Shown here: piece by piece, positions 24,583-38,900 of the stretch
How the letters are laid out: every line of letters starts with the position of its first letter
How positions within the stretch are numbered: the stretch's first letter is position 1
DNA from: Halocafeteria seosinensis
Taxonomy: Eukaryota
Direction: 5' to 3'
Length of the DNA: 64,000 nt
Assembly: GCA_001687465.1 (NCBI GenBank)
Contig: LVLI01000005.1
Coordinates: 310,001 to 374,000 of the forward strand
The notes under the pieces: generated by a model
What the model was told of the DNA's origin: nothing
The model's database searches: none
Seen by the model: only the letters and a program-made list of their open reading frames with translations
Position numbers and translations under genes: made by a program

Positions 24583-27489
24583 TACATCTTTTTCTTTCCT
24601 GCTTCCTGCTGCTTCCCGTTTGTATTCCGTCTCAAGTGTTTCGGTGGCGATCTCTCAGAAACTGGCTTCCGCTTCTTCCGCCGTTGCTGTTGCCACAGAG
24701 ACGTGGAAATATTAATGAGACCTGACTCAATCATATTAATTGCTTCAGATTTCATGGACGTCGCTTGGCTGCGCTGAGGGAAGTGCATAGGAAACCTGTA
24801 ACTGAGCCAAAGGTACAAGTCAATGGCTTGGTGGCGCCCCTCTAACAGCTCCATATCTCGTAGGCCTGAGATCTTGTAGCGAATCGGTAACTGAATATCC
24901 ATCATTTGGACCTTCCTCTCGGCGAGCGTCCGAGCATAGCGTTCAAATGCGACGCGAACTTCCCCATTTTTCAGCTGCGCAGGAGCACAACACAGAGTGT
25001 ACTTTTCGGACAACTTGAGCCCTTTGATTTCATCGAGTATTTTGGCAGCAGAAACAGCGTCGTCATGGCGACACATAAAATAATCTCCGTCCATTTGTGA
25101 CACATCAACGAAGTTTTCTAGTAGTTTCGAAAGAGGCGTATTAGTCCCCTCGGGCATAACTCGAGCAAAAGCTTCAAGCTGTTCAGAACTGGGAAACAAA
25201 CCAGCTCGTGTCAGAGTGTGTGTCTCGCTGTTCATGCAGTCTTGAAGGTATTCAATATCGTCATCCAAGAAGGTTGTCACTTCTCCGGTGGAGTATTGGG
25301 TCCCGTGGCGTCCCGCTCGTCCACCAATTTGCTTCACCTGAGCGGGGCTAACGGGATTAACACCTGTACCATCATATTTTTCTAGAGTGTGAAATATAAC
25401 TCTTCGAATGTTTAGATTGAGCCCCATTCCTATGGCATCGCTGGCAACAAGTACATCATAGCCAGAATTGGGATCATTAAATAACTGCGCTTGTGACGAC
25501 CTAGTTTCCGGGGGCAAGTTCCCGTACACAACACAGCATTTGTGTGAGGTACTTTGTTCAATGTTCCGACGAATTGCATAAATATCGCGCCGTGAAAAAG
25601 CAACAACGGCATCGCCGGCTCGAATGTTGGAATAATCACCCTGGATGCTTTCGTCGCACACTTTTAGAGGCGAAAGCCTTTCATACGTTCGCACGTGGAA
25701 ATCATCACCGGAAATGTCGCAGAGCTTCTCCAGTGCAGGAATTGCAGATGGATCCCCGCACACATGGATTTCTTTGGCAGGTGCTCCCATCACAGCTCGC
25801 GTCCAGGCGTGGCCTCTAAACGAATCCCCAATAAGCTGTATTTCGTCTATCACGGCAACATCCAGTGGATCGTTTAAATTCAGCATTTCGACAGTACATG
25901 CAGTGTGCGACGAGAAGGGCATCCTTCTTCTTTCTTGCCCAGTGAGGAGGGATGTGTAAGTACCCTCCATATTTAACCTTTCGTATATCTCCAAGGCAAG
26001 TAATCTAAGTGGACCAGCGTAGACTCCTTTATCTGCAGCTCTGAGGCGTTGCAAAGCATTATACGTTTTCCCACTGTTTGTAGGCCCCGCATGATAAATG
26101 ATCTGTCGTTTCATCGAACGGGCTATTGTATACCACTGATGTGGGAGTCTCAGATCCGCACCTCGGCGCATATTGTGTAAGAGATTGATATCATCCGGGA
26201 AATATACTTGGGCCGCACGAACCACGAGTTGAGTCATATCCTTTAAGTGTGCATCTTCATATGCACTGTTCGTGATGTTGCAGCGATGCAGAAACCGCTC
26301 AAACGCATGTTGGGCTTCAGTGTAATCTACACGTCGCCTGAAATCACGTTCTCGTTCAGTCGGCACCTTTTTCACACCCTCGATAACATCCGTATCAACA
26401 GTAACTCCATCAAATATGATTGATGGATTCGCCATTAATGCTCTTCTTAATCGTGCGACACTACGAATCCACAGCTGTGTGCTCAAACCTGCCTGTTCGG
26501 CTGCAACCTCCATGGCAGGAGTATAATCATACAATGGTTTAATCCTATTGGAAAGAACTGTCTGATCCTCAGGAGTGACAATGTCTTTAACTGAGTCTTC
26601 AAACTTCTCTTTGGCCAGTGTCGATGACGGGCGATAATCTACTATATGCGTTGAGATTGCTCTGCTATCTGGTTCCATATCTTGCTCTTCCTCGAAAGTT
26701 GGTGCTTCTGAATTACAAACTGCATGGTGGCAAAGGTCCACTAAGTCGGAAACATGTTCGCGCTTGGTACTCCTTTCCGATAAGTTGCACCTCGCAAGGA
26801 ATGCTTGAAACGCTTGGTTACTACTAAAGAGATCTTCTGGTCCTGAGTATAGTCGTTCTCTAAAAAAGGCTACAGCTTCTTTCCATTCATTTTTTGAGTA
26901 CCCGTATCGGCCTTGTGCAAGCTTATAGCCCAATTCTTGCTTCATCTGTCCCAGTCGCCGTTCAACCACAACACTATCTGACTGATGCAGAAACTTGGCC
27001 TCTAAACTTGATATTGGGCGATATTTTTTATCATAGACTTCTTCGGAATTTAATTCATCTGCACCGTGCGTACCAGTTCAACACGTATGGCTTCCCCAGA
27101 CTCATCTACGACTGACTCACCTGTGCGCACTTACCTGTCGTTTCATTGGCGATTTCCTCTGCGGCTTGACCTTGTGTGCATGAACCAGAAGAGGAACCGC
27201 TGGCACGCGCAACAGCTTCCTGTGATGAAGCAGAGCGCCGTTTATGTCGATTAAGGACTTTCTCTTTAGCGGCAGGCTTCAGGAATTCAAGTAAGTACTT
27301 GTAGTCTGCCTCTCCCCCTTTTCTGTCCGCTTCAGTATGTTGAGAAGTTTTCTTCGAAAAAGATAAATATGATGGTGAGCCGAAAAGGGGAATAGACCTT
27401 CTTGTCCAATAATAGGAGCCATAAAGCTCCTTGAAAATGCGTCCGGAGGACAGTCCTCCCCGACACCGTCGATACACTATCCTATTCAT
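24576..27489 (-). CDS. SUV3: SUV3 mitochondrial ATP-dependent RNA helicase, 2 exons
   Basis: YHAGPTNSGKT, GPLRLLA, CTVEM, IDEIQ, VVYGNLPPETR, ASDAIGMGLNL, QIGGRAGR, DLYLWLSYRF. Arg-rich leader. One intron at about 27059-27134. Confidence 0.94.
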
Positions 27490-27698
27490 GGCCCATAGCG
27501 ACTACCGCACTAGCCATATGCACGCACACATACACCCTAATTAACTAATTACACTATCAATCGGATGAGAAATCGCCGCATTATACGATAAAATGACCCT
27601 TAACAAGCCATCTTCACAAAAACATGAAGTCTTGTGAAGCTCCAGCGGCGTGAACTTCATGGTCTGGTGAAGAATTCGTAATTAAATTGTTTTCATTG

Positions 27699-29528
27699 TT
27701 ATGTTTGGACGCTACCGTTTTGGTCTCCCTCCTTGTAGTGCTGTTGGAGTTTCCGGCTCTTTTTCTTCCTCTTGCGTGCGGTTTGGACGGAGTCCTGGAA
27801 TCCATTCTCCTGCAAACGCAACTTGGCCAGACGCTGAGCTGTAGATACCCGTTGCATCCTGGCAAGAGCCTGTTTCTCCTCTATTCCGGGAAGCTCCTCC
27901 AGATTTTTTCCTATTTTTTCTTCGATGGCGTGTACTCGTTCTACATCATATTGTGTGACAATAGAGATTGCACAGCCCTCTTTCCCAGCTCTGTAGCACA
28001 ATGTGAGAATTCCGACGGTGGTTCATACAGTCCAAGTAGTGTGGATAGACTTACCTCGCTGTTCGACCAACGCGATGAATATAGTCTGCACTCACTTGCG
28101 GGAGATCGTAATTTACCACCAGGTCGACTTCTGGTATATCTAAGCCACGAGAGGCGACGTCCGTCGCAACTAGAATTTTAGCTAATCCAGACTTAAAACG
28201 CGAAAGCGAAGCCAAGCGTCTTCGTTGGTTCATTAAACTGTGCAGCGGCGTACAGACGATTCCCAATTCGACCAGCGTCTCTGCAATCAACTGGCAGGAT
28301 TCACACTTAGCAACGAAAATTATTGCGGAATTAAAACGCCTAGCTTCACCGTCCTCATCGTCGAAAAAAAACTCTTCTGCATTCTCTCCTTCCCGAGCTC
28401 CCTCTTTGGCGGTAGTCGCGGATAGTTGTTTCTTCTTTTTCTTGTTCCGCATTCGCTTGGTTTCTGGAGTTTCCAAGGGAACAACCAGGTCTAATATACA
28501 GCTAAGGTAGCACAACTTCACCGCTTCAGGAACAAACACAAAATATTGTTTTAGCGTCTCTACAGTTGTGGGAGGAACGTCCATGTCATATCGGAAAGGG
28601 TTTTGCAAGTACAGCGAATTAAGCTTCTTTAGGTTTTCCGTAAGGGTGGCGGAGAATAGCAAAGTCTGCCGGTCGCCCGTTGCATGTTCCATGATCACAC
28701 TAAGATCAGGGGCGAAACTCAGTTCCAACAGCCGATCAGCTTCGTCAAGTACAAGAAATTGTAGGCGCGATAGGTCTGGCGGCATAGGGTTTCGGGTTAA
28801 CATATCGGCCATTCTTCCAGGCGTTGCGACGATTATGTGTGGCTGTTCCGACAACGCTTTACCTTGCACTACCATATCCATCCCTCCTACGACTACCGTC
28901 ACTCTTACTCCAAGTTGCGCACCTAAAGCTTGAAACTGTTCGTGAATCTGGAACGCTAGTTCTCTCGATGGAGACAGAACCAATGCGAATGGTCCAAATG
29001 GGTCTTCCGCTAGTTTTTGCAGGATAGGGAGGGCAAACGCAGCAGTCTGCAGAAGCAACGTTGCGTGAACGACGTTAAGTGTACACGATAATAGTGATAG
29101 CTGTAACAGAATCCACCCACCTTTCCGCTACCGGTAGGTGCACTTGCCAGTACGTCGCGCCCTTCGAGAATTGGAGCCACGCAGTTAGCCTGTACGGCAG
29201 TTGGTGTCTTTATGCCCATATGCTGGCATGAATCTACCAACCAAGGGGCTAACCCGAGGGAACGAAAACCGTGTTGACGCTCCGGAGCATTAACATCGGT
29301 TCGATCATCAGCGCTTTCCTGTCTTCTGCCATGTTCGCCTCCATTCTGCTCTTTTCCGGCAGAGGCTTTCGAAGACGCAGACGAAGCATGAGTTGCGTCG
29401 TCGTTGACTTTCTGAGATGTTGTCTGATCTGCTGCCGTATTGCGGCTAAAGAGTTGTAAAGAGTCTTGTGTCTCATCCTCGTCGTCAGAGGACGACGAAG
29501 CAGTAGAGTCGCGGTGATGTTTGCTCAT
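27699..29528 (-). CDS. DBP8: DEAD-box RNA helicase DBP8/DDX49, 3 exons
   Basis: Q motif FRSLGLAPWL..PTAVQ, APTGSGK|TAAF, LAEDPFGPFALVLSPSRELAFQI, DEAD, SAT, TDVASRGLDIP, HRVGRTAR|AG. Confidence 0.9.
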
Positions 29529-29815
29529 GCTATATCACAGAAGGGAAAATAGAATAGATACATAAATGTACGCTTTTCTTTCTCTAGCTAGCTACAATAC
29601 CGCGTTGGGGGACTCAATGAACCCTCGAACCATCGTGTCAGTGCAAGTTGAAGTTGAGTAGCGCGTGCACTAGTCTACAGTGTATGGCATACAGCGGTGT
29701 AGAAAGTGTAAGCTATTGTATAGATTCCGTGGAGAGATGGTAGTGCCACGGCGTGAGTGAACCAGCACGCGTAAGTACGGTCGATTTGTCGTCTTGACGA
29801 GAGAATGAATAATTG

Positions 29816-31014
29816 ATGGCAGCAGCAGCAACAAGCTCGGTGTGTGGAGTGAAGAAGCGTAAGATGAACCCTGATACAGTCAATACAACAGCCGTTGCGG
29901 TGGACGATGCCATTGCTGCAATGCCCTCGTTAGAACAGGTGACGATCTTACATCGTCATGACGAGTGTGTATGGCACGTCTCGTGGCATCCAACGAAAGC
30001 AATGCTCGCCACATGTGGAAGTGATAAAACGGTGTGTGTATGGAAAATGGACCCAGACGACGAGTCGCAGTGGTCATGTGCTGCTATTCTTGATGAAGCC
30101 ACAAGTAGGACTATTCGCTCCTGCGAATGGTCTCCAGACGGTAAATTCTTGGCCGCGGTCAGCTTCGACGCGACTGTCATTATATGGGAAGTTGCCGGAA
30201 ACAGCTTCGAACCTTTAGCCACATTGGAAGGTCACGAAAATGAAGTTAAGAGTGTGGCATGGAGGCCTGATGGATCCATGCTTGCAACCTGTAGTCGAGA
30301 TAAAAGTATATGGATTTGGGATGCCGATCCTGAAGAATTTGAATCAATATCGGTACTGCCGTCGCATAACCAAGATGTAAAATTTGTCAGGTGGGATCCT
30401 TCAGGGGAATACTTAGTATCTGCTAGCTATGACGATACAATCAAAATATGGGTGGAAGAAGAAGATGAAGAGTGGGCTTGCGTGCAAACTTTGAATGGAC
30501 ATTCGTCTACAGTGTGGGGTGTAGCCTTCGATTCTTCCGGCAAGAATATGGCGTCCTGCAGCGATGACTGCTCTGTTATAATCTGGACAAACCAAAACAA
30601 AGGGAAACCGGGACCTCCAAAGTGGACTCAAGTAAAGTGCCTGCCTGGCCACCATGATAGAGCTATTCTAAGTATCGACTGGTCCAAAGACGGAAATACT
30701 ATCGCATCCTGCGGCGAAGATGATAGACTATGCCTCTATGGGCCGAAGGGAGGAGATACTGACGACCCATCTGTAAGTCTCTTGCTGTTCTCCAGTTGAT
30801 TTGCGATCGAATTTATATTCATTCTTTCTCTTATTATTGTTTCTTCCAGAGTATAGAAATCGAGTACTGCAAAGAAAATGCTCATGATGGAGACATCAAC
30901 TGTGTTAGGTGGTCACCAGTACTGCCGCATTTACTGGCTTCCGCTGGTGATGATTGCGAAGTTCGCATCTGGAGGTATCACCCAGATAAATTTCGAGAAG
31001 CTTTGAGACAATAA
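29816..31014 (+). CDS. CIAO1: Cytosolic iron-sulfur assembly WD40 protein CIAO1/Cia1, 2 exons
   Basis: WD40 repeats with family signatures RTIRSCEWSPDG, LEGHENEVKSVAW, LATCSRDKSIWIW, HNQDVKFVRW, AHDGDINCVRW. Intron at about 30773-30850. Confidence 0.93.
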
Positions 31015-31339
31015 CCTAATACACCTGTGCACACATGTGCAACTTGTACCTAGTGTACACACACAGTACTTGCGCCTTGCTCCGAATAGTTTGTCGTATG
31101 TATTTATTCATTAACCTCAGAACTGGCCGACGGCGAGTGGTTGTGTGCGTTGTGAAGATAACTTCACACCGCTGACGTGTGGTAGACCACTGGTAGTAAG
31201 TACCCTGTGTACTCCTGCTTATATGCCATACATGCGCCCATATGAAGAATCAATGTACTCTGTAATCGATTTTACAGTCTCGCCTCCATTAGAACAGGCT
31301 CTATCGGTATAGACGAGCAAGAAGTCGCGTGCCAATGTG

Positions 31340-32588
31340 ATGTTGGCTCTCAGACGAGCATTAACAAGTTCTGTCAAACGCACCATACCGGTATGTCCTG
31401 CCTTCAGTCAGGTACTAATTTCGAAGACTCGTCGATCGCACGAGCAAGGGAAGACGCGATGGAACAATAGAATGTTGGCAACGACGGCGCAAGCAAGTTA
31501 TGGACAAGAGGAAGCTGAAGTTGACGACGAGCACTATGAGGAAGTCAGGCAAAAACAGTCTATAAAGCCCGTTGACTTTTATGAATATTGGGCTCAACAG
31601 CGTCGCTATTTCTACTATGTTGACAACCAAGTAAGTCTACTTGATGTGACCTGAATGCATTGGAAACTTAGGATAGACTCGGATCTTGCAGGGCCGTTTG
31701 TTCATTGAGGATGTACTTCCCAAAAACATTGCTACCAGTCTCAAGAGTGAAAAATTCCTCAACTTCTTTTGGAAACAAATCCGACGTAATGACCAGGAAG
31801 GTAAAAGAAATTGCTTGGTTAAAGACACCGTTGGCTTGCCGAGTTTCACTCTTCTCAATATCGTCACTCAGAACATCAAGACTATCCCTACTATAGCCCA
31901 TGCGGGAAGGAGAAGAATTACATAAAGGTATGAACTCAAGGCCTATTAATTATCCAAATCACCAAAGGACGCGCATCATTTATTTCCAGGTTGCTGATCG
32001 GCCGGTCGTTTTCCACGAAATCGTTGACGGACACCTTGTATATGGTGGCGCTCTGACGATTCCTTTCAGCCCTTACAGATTATATATGACTGACACTGGA
32101 CGTTTATATCACTGTGCCGAAGGTATGTTTTTGAATTGAGAAAATTCGGTGGATGGACGAAACTAACAAACTCCATATGTGCAGACACGTCTGTCGGTGG
32201 AATTGGCCTCGTCAAGTCTCAAATCGCAGTCGGAGTCGCTCAGAACATTCTCCTGATGGACCAAGTTGAGAGCGCTGATATGGAAACAATGCGCCAAACC
32301 ATGAATGATGTGCAGAATCGGAGTGATGGAGACGAAAAAGGCAGCAAAGAGGGTCGAAAAAAGAAAAAACGGCGAGATCCTCCACCTCTGGATCCGCTCT
32401 CAGAGTGGTCCGAACTCAGCTCCGATATATCCAACGGCGGACAATTATTAGAGAAACTACAGTACAAAGATACAATACAGGGTGTGTATGCTCCAAGAGA
32501 AGACCGGATTTTTCCCATATGGAAAGCTGCAGTCAATGGGATGGCTGGTGACCCTTTCCGTGAGTTCTCCGAGCCCATAACAGAATAA
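31340..32588 (+). CDS. C8orf82/DUF4505 (UPF0598)-family protein with mitochondrial-type leader, 5 exons
   Basis: RRYFYYVDNQ|GRLFIEDVLPKNIATSLKSEKFLNFFWKQIRRN, YPYYSPCGKEKNYIK|VADRPVVF, TGRLYH, GGIGLVKSQIA. Leader MLALRRALTSSVKR. Confidence 0.75.
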
Positions 32589-32980
32589 TACTTCCGAATT
32601 GTATTAAAAAAAAATGTAGCAAAGGTTTCAACGAATAAACACTCAATCTATCTTCTTACGCGGCTTCTGTGCACTATGACATACTGTTTAAACGTAAAGT
32701 AGACTATAAGTAGTGTTTTGGAATTGTGATGATGCGTTTCACAAGTTTTTCCGCACTACCACCCCCTTGCTTAGGTCTTTTGCCCTATGTATGGCAACGG
32801 CCACAACATATAATAGTAGCTCGTGGTACTGGTTCGATAGAGCCGTAGACCATTAACATTATAGATATCAATGACGGTCTAAATGTACTCAATGAGATTG
32901 GGCTGGAAGCACTTGAGCGCTCATGATCATGAAGTAGCACAAGTCCACGTTCACGCCCCCCACCAACATGGCTTCTTAAG

Positions 32981-35900
32981 ATGAGGGATAGGAGTATTGC
33001 GCTCCAGGCAGCTTCGATAGGAAGCTTTTGGAAGCTGTTCTGCTTCCTTAGCCTTAGTGGCTTATTCACTATTTCGACGCAGCAGCCTGCTAGTCCCTCT
33101 ACAGGTGAGCTCTGCCTATCTGCCGACTGGTTGACTTTGATGCGATCATGGATTATCATTCGCTTCGTATGTGAATTCTCTGCATATGCAGTGCCATTGG
33201 GAATATGGACAGTTCGCCCTTTATCCCCAGCTCTCCTGAGACCCGCGAAAAGTTCGTATAATTTTCACTTCTTTTGTAGTTGCCAAGTGAGCTAGTGGAC
33301 TTCACTTACGAGTTTCAATACAGGCAATCAGTGGCAACATGTAGTCGACACCGAAGTTAACTTTACGCTGGCAGAGGCAGGCCCAGTATATCTCTCCTTC
33401 CATTTGAACGCTATGGCGCACAGCAGCAGGCCAACCAACGATTTTGGAATGGTTGCTCCCCCTGATCTGCTACTCGGCCGACTAGTTGTGAACGGAGCTC
33501 CATTTCGGCAGTCTGGAACTTCGGTCTCGCCAAATCTGTTTCAGAAGGAACCCATTCTACATTTACAAGGGGGGGTGGCTTTAAGGCTTCCCAAAGGAGA
33601 CCACCATGTGGCACTCCAGTGGAAAGCACATGGGGAAACTGTCGATATGTACAGCTCCACGCCAGATGGAAAAACTGGACAGTACACAACACGATCTGTC
33701 ATAGTACGACAGGATAATGACATTGTTTATAGTACCACGTTGACCCCGAAACAAACCATGTCGGAACAAGGTTGGACCGAAATTGAGAGTGTAAAGAATT
33801 ATGACGGCGGACGACAACTCAGCGGAGAATATATTCTGAGCGTTAGAAGCTTCCCGAACCGACTGGTAAAAGGTGCGTACTGTGAAAAATGCTGATGCTG
33901 TAATAGCCATGCTCGAATTGTTTCCGTTTCCGATGCATTTCAGAATTAGGACAAGGATCAATGATATCGGCCAGAGTTACAGTGAACTCGCATCCGCTGG
34001 AGGGAAGCGAAACGCACTTCCAGACTTCTTCTGTAGCGGCCACATCTGTGACACTCGCGAGCAGCTTTTCAATCCCGCCTTTTGAACGGAATGCAACCAT
34101 ATCACTGCAGTGGAAAGCCAGAGGTGAGAAGAAGACGTGGAGAGCAGACCCAACAGTTTTGGACGGTTTCTCAGGGGGACGCATACTCGCTATTTTCAAT
34201 CCTCGATCTCAAACCCGTGCATCCTTGTTCCCCTCTGAAGATCCCTCAACAGACCCATTTGTCTGGCAAGACCTTCCTACCGGTGTTATCGTCAACAGCG
34301 TCAAGGGTCGGGGAGCTTTTCATATAAGTTATACAATAGATCCCCGAATTTCTAGGACGGCAGGGATTTTCAAGGCCATGCTAGCGTTTCGGCTGACCCT
34401 CGACGATTCGGTCTTGCCCCGCTCAGTGGTGCAAAGTGCCGTTGATTCCCAGCACCTACAGAGAATAAGTGCGAAAAGTGTTCACCAGCCGGTGGACACA
34501 GGAACTCACACTATACGCTTGCAGGTCAAGGCCGTAAACAGTTCGCTGTTCTATGGTTTCAATAGCCTCGTCTCTAATGTTATGGACCTTTTTGAAATCC
34601 GAGTCTTATTCTCTGACAACATTGGCTTGAATCACGACCCTGAAATCATAAAAGAACGAATGCAGTTGCCACTGGTTACCCTCGAGGACGATAACCTGGA
34701 TATGAGTGGTCTTTACTTCAGGGACATCGATCAGAACTTAATTGAAGACATGAATGTCCAGATAGGAATTTGTCTAGCATTTGGTAGCTTCAGAGAGCTC
34801 TTACTACATAATGACAAGTGCTTCAACAAGACTGGATCCATAGCGAAAATGAACCAGCTCATGGACCGTCTCACTTACGTTCCCCACGAAGACTTTTTCG
34901 GATACGACACATTCGTTGTGGAAATTGATGACTTAGGCAACGTCGGTAGCGGGGGGCCGAAGCAAGATCGCTTAACATTGCCTATTGAAGTGGTTCCGGT
35001 AAACGATCCAGTCCGATTGAACACGACAACGTCTGTGGATATCGAAGAAGGAGGGAGCATTTGGTTACCAACACTCAGTATACTGGACAATGACCAAGCC
35101 GGCCTCGTAAATTCGAGTACGACGGTGAAAAACATGAACTACACGCTGGAGTTAGAAGCGTCCTTCGGGCGCTTTCTTGGGCAAGATAGTGTTTGGAAAG
35201 CATCAGATATCGTCAACGTTTCCGCTGATATAGACCAGTTGCAAGCGATATTTTCTGATATACGCTATCAAGTTCCTCGTGGTTTGAAGCCGAGTAGCAA
35301 CCCCCATTTATCGCTGAGAGTTTGTGATGAGGGAGCGTTCGGCGTAGAAGATGCAATTTCAACTTTGAAGCCCAGAAAACAGAGGAAAAACAACTGCGCT
35401 GAGACGAGAATCAGCGTTACTATATTGCCTGTGAACGATGCCCCCCTAATTGAAGCATTCCCTCAACAGGTGGTATCATTGAATGTGGAAGGTCTGTCTT
35501 CTGCCCACAAAGTGGTCGGAGCCGCTCAACACATTGACATCCTCAAGACTGAATCTATAGAAATCTCAGGCAAGTCTCTTGTCGACGCATTGCAGCAATC
35601 GTCCATTACAATTTCGCAGAGTAGTGATGCGGGGGGTTGGACTGCTTTTCGACTAGTCAACCAGTCTGGTAACACTGTTCCTGTTGACTTCTTCCTAAGC
35701 GTCGGGAAGAGAACACCCTCCATTAGTATCCACGACGAAGAGATGGTTCTTTCCGTAGAGAGTCAAGAGCATATTGAAGTTCCGTTGATGCAAAACGCAT
35801 CAGGGAGGAGTTTAAAGTGTGTATTTATAGCAGTAGTGGACTTTTCAATTATTCTCGCCGACATGGATTGTGACGACAGCTGTCTTCAGTCATCCCGACC

Positions 35901-38900
35901 AAAATATTGCAAAATCACGCCTTCGCAATTACACGCAAGAACCAACTCCTCCACCTTCTATTTCGCTGCTTCAGATGAAAACAACGTATGGAGCAATTTT
36001 ATATTGGTCAACTTGCAGGTCTCTTCGGAGGAGGAGTCGGAGTTTGCCCAGAGTACTCTCCCCAGCGACTTTGAACAATTCGTCCAAAATCAGAACAATA
36101 GTGCAGTTGCCACATTCTCGGGGATACTACGGAAAGAGCTCCCGTTGTCAAGGAGTATACTTCTGCAAGTGGAGGGAAGCAACTTATGCGAAACGAGTAT
36201 TTCTTCTACGTTACACATATCATCACAGGATGCTTTTATATCCTTTTCACATACGGAATCCGATATGGATTCAGATTGCCGCTTAGTTAGTCTGCGATTT
36301 GATCCTCCGGAACCGTTTGTTCTGTCCAAGTCAACTTTGGAGGGGTATATTTCTTTGATGGCAGACCGTTTCATTGGGAGTACTACTGTTTTCCCTCTCA
36401 AACTGATCCCGATTCCCTGGATCCATAGCGCACAATTCGTCAGTGACACAGTGATTAACGTTTTTGGAAGCGGATTTATCCCGCCCTCGTCAAACTCTCA
36501 CTGTGGTTGCATTGTTTCACACGGGCAGGACGATGTTCCAGCAAATTGTACATGGCACTCGTCGACTGAAGTGGCTTGTACATTGACAACAGAAGCGGNA
36601 AAAATGGGCTGTTGTAATGTTATGATATCAAATAATGAGCGCTCCTTGTCAAGATCTTTCCAGGTATGCCCGAGAGATAAACCAATTGTCGATGACGTGG
36701 TTCTCTCAAGCGAAGGAATCCAGGTAACTGGCAGTGGGTTTCATGCAACATTAGGGATAGGCTGCGAAAGCACGACGTTCTTCTTCGCCTTAGTGGTCAA
36801 CGAGAGCTTCATGTTGTGCCCACAGACGACTTTGGCCAAGTCTGTCAGAATAGTGCACCAGGGACACGTGTTGCACCAGTTGGAGTCTGATCCCGCCGAG
36901 AGTAGTTACGTCGTGGAGCGGTGTCAGTTAGAAACGGGTACAATATATACTAGTTGCTCCGCAAACATTTTCCAACAGTTCAATGGCAAGAGAACGAGCT
37001 CACGTGTATTATCAAAGGAGAGGCTATTGCATCTTTCTCGCATGCTGAACACGAATCGCTACCAGCAACCAGAGGTTGTCAATGAAGTCAACAAAGCTGA
37101 TAAGACAACAGCAGACTGTGCCTCACGTCTAGTAGCAGTTGCCCCACGGCAATTCCAGACAAAAGATGAAATAAGGGTCCTCACTCGGTTTACAAAGGTC
37201 GCCAATTGTGGGTACCCAGTTTTGGCGGTTGGTACTATGTTATGTCGGATGATATCGCTGTCACAGATCGACAGAATATGTTTCGCGGATGGTTTGCAGC
37301 CCGGAGCTTACCCAATCACTAAAGAGGGTAGGCATGGTAAATTTAAAACGACAGAATTTTCCATTGAAGTATTTGAAGATGTCCATCCCGGAATTGTCTC
37401 TCACTCGATAATCAGTAATGAGTCCTTTAACATCGTGGGGAGTAATTGGCGTGGCCTGTCGGAGAGGCAGAATTTGGAATGCATTGCGAAATCCCAAAAG
37501 GATGGTGCGAAACAGGTCGTTCGATTTGAAAACGTTACTAGGGATGCTTTTGAATGCATTTTTCATTTTTCTTATGCCATATGGGGTCAATGGGAAATTT
37601 CTGTTGTCTTTGATGCACACGAACTCTTGTGGCGGCAAACACTAGCTATTCCTCCTGTGCCCCGCCTGAGGGCTACGCCTAAGGCGATGCTTGTAAAATC
37701 GCTGAAGCATATCATACAGCTTGAAGCAGAGAATCTGTTAGAGAATACTCGAATCGTATGCAACTCCACTGAAGCTAAAGGGAAACGGCGTGGAGAATAT
37801 TCGATCATCTTCAGACTCCCATCTATGGAAACGGGAGTACATTCTTGTGCATTGACAAACGACGGTGTGCATTACAGCGAGACCATCAATTTAACGATCC
37901 TTGTGACTCCGAAAGTGAAAGCGTATCCGTTGCAAGGAATAGTTGGACAACCAATGTCGCTCCGAATAGAGAGCACTATAGCGCCACGGTTATGTCGGTT
38001 TTCGGATTCACAAATCAGTGCAGTTACTGCTACGTGGAGTGCCTCCGAGAAATCACATGTCTGTTTGCTTCATCCTAAAAGCTCAGGCAACATCTCTGTG
38101 GAAATCGCGTTCGAAGACAAAGAGTTTCAGGACAGTGGATTGACCGTTGAAGTGTTCGTTCGTCCACGCATAACCGAGGCAGTTATGTTGCCTGTACGCA
38201 GAGCACTAACAGAAAAGCAAGGACAAGCAGGTTCCGGAGTGACGTTCGCAGTTTTATTCAAGGGCGAAGGCTTCCATCGAAGAGCAGTGTATCACTGTAA
38301 GACAGAGGGGACTCAACAATCAGACAGTGTAGCCGAAAGAGATCAGCATGGACAACCCTACTGTTTTGTAAACCACTCGCTGGCTGTCGTATCCAAGGCA
38401 GTTTCTTTACACATAAAAACTACTATGTTGCACTACAAACTGCTAGGAGATCCCTATTATGCGGAGATTAGTGATCTTGCACCTCGCCGTGTGGTAAGCA
38501 ACTATACAAAGAGCTTCATGGTAAGAGGAGCTCATTTAGATATTGGGACAGTTCTATATTGTAATGTGGAAAGAGGTAACAATTCTTTGGTCATTCCAGC
38601 GAAGTCCGTCGACTCAGGAAGAGTCAGGTGCCTCAATCCACCTCAGTTGGCCGTGGGTGTATACGAAGTCTCACTCATCTATGAGTTTGCGGAATTTAGC
38701 ACAAACTCGGTTGAGTTGGAAAGTATCCTTTTGCCAACAGTATCTGCGGCTCGAGCCTACATCTCCCCCCAAAACCGCATCTTCGATTTGCTCCTTTCAA
38801 TTGAGAATACAGCACTGCGAGTACGTTGTGCTAACCGAGGGTTTGAAGTTGAGGCGACAATCCTTAATGGGACCTCTTTGATATGCAAAGATTTAGCGTA

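Noticed and set aside
36599..36599. Ambiguous base N in the giant ORF as a possible frameshift or stop
   Set aside because: The codon is GNA, which cannot be a stop, and the frame continues with coherent domains on both sides.
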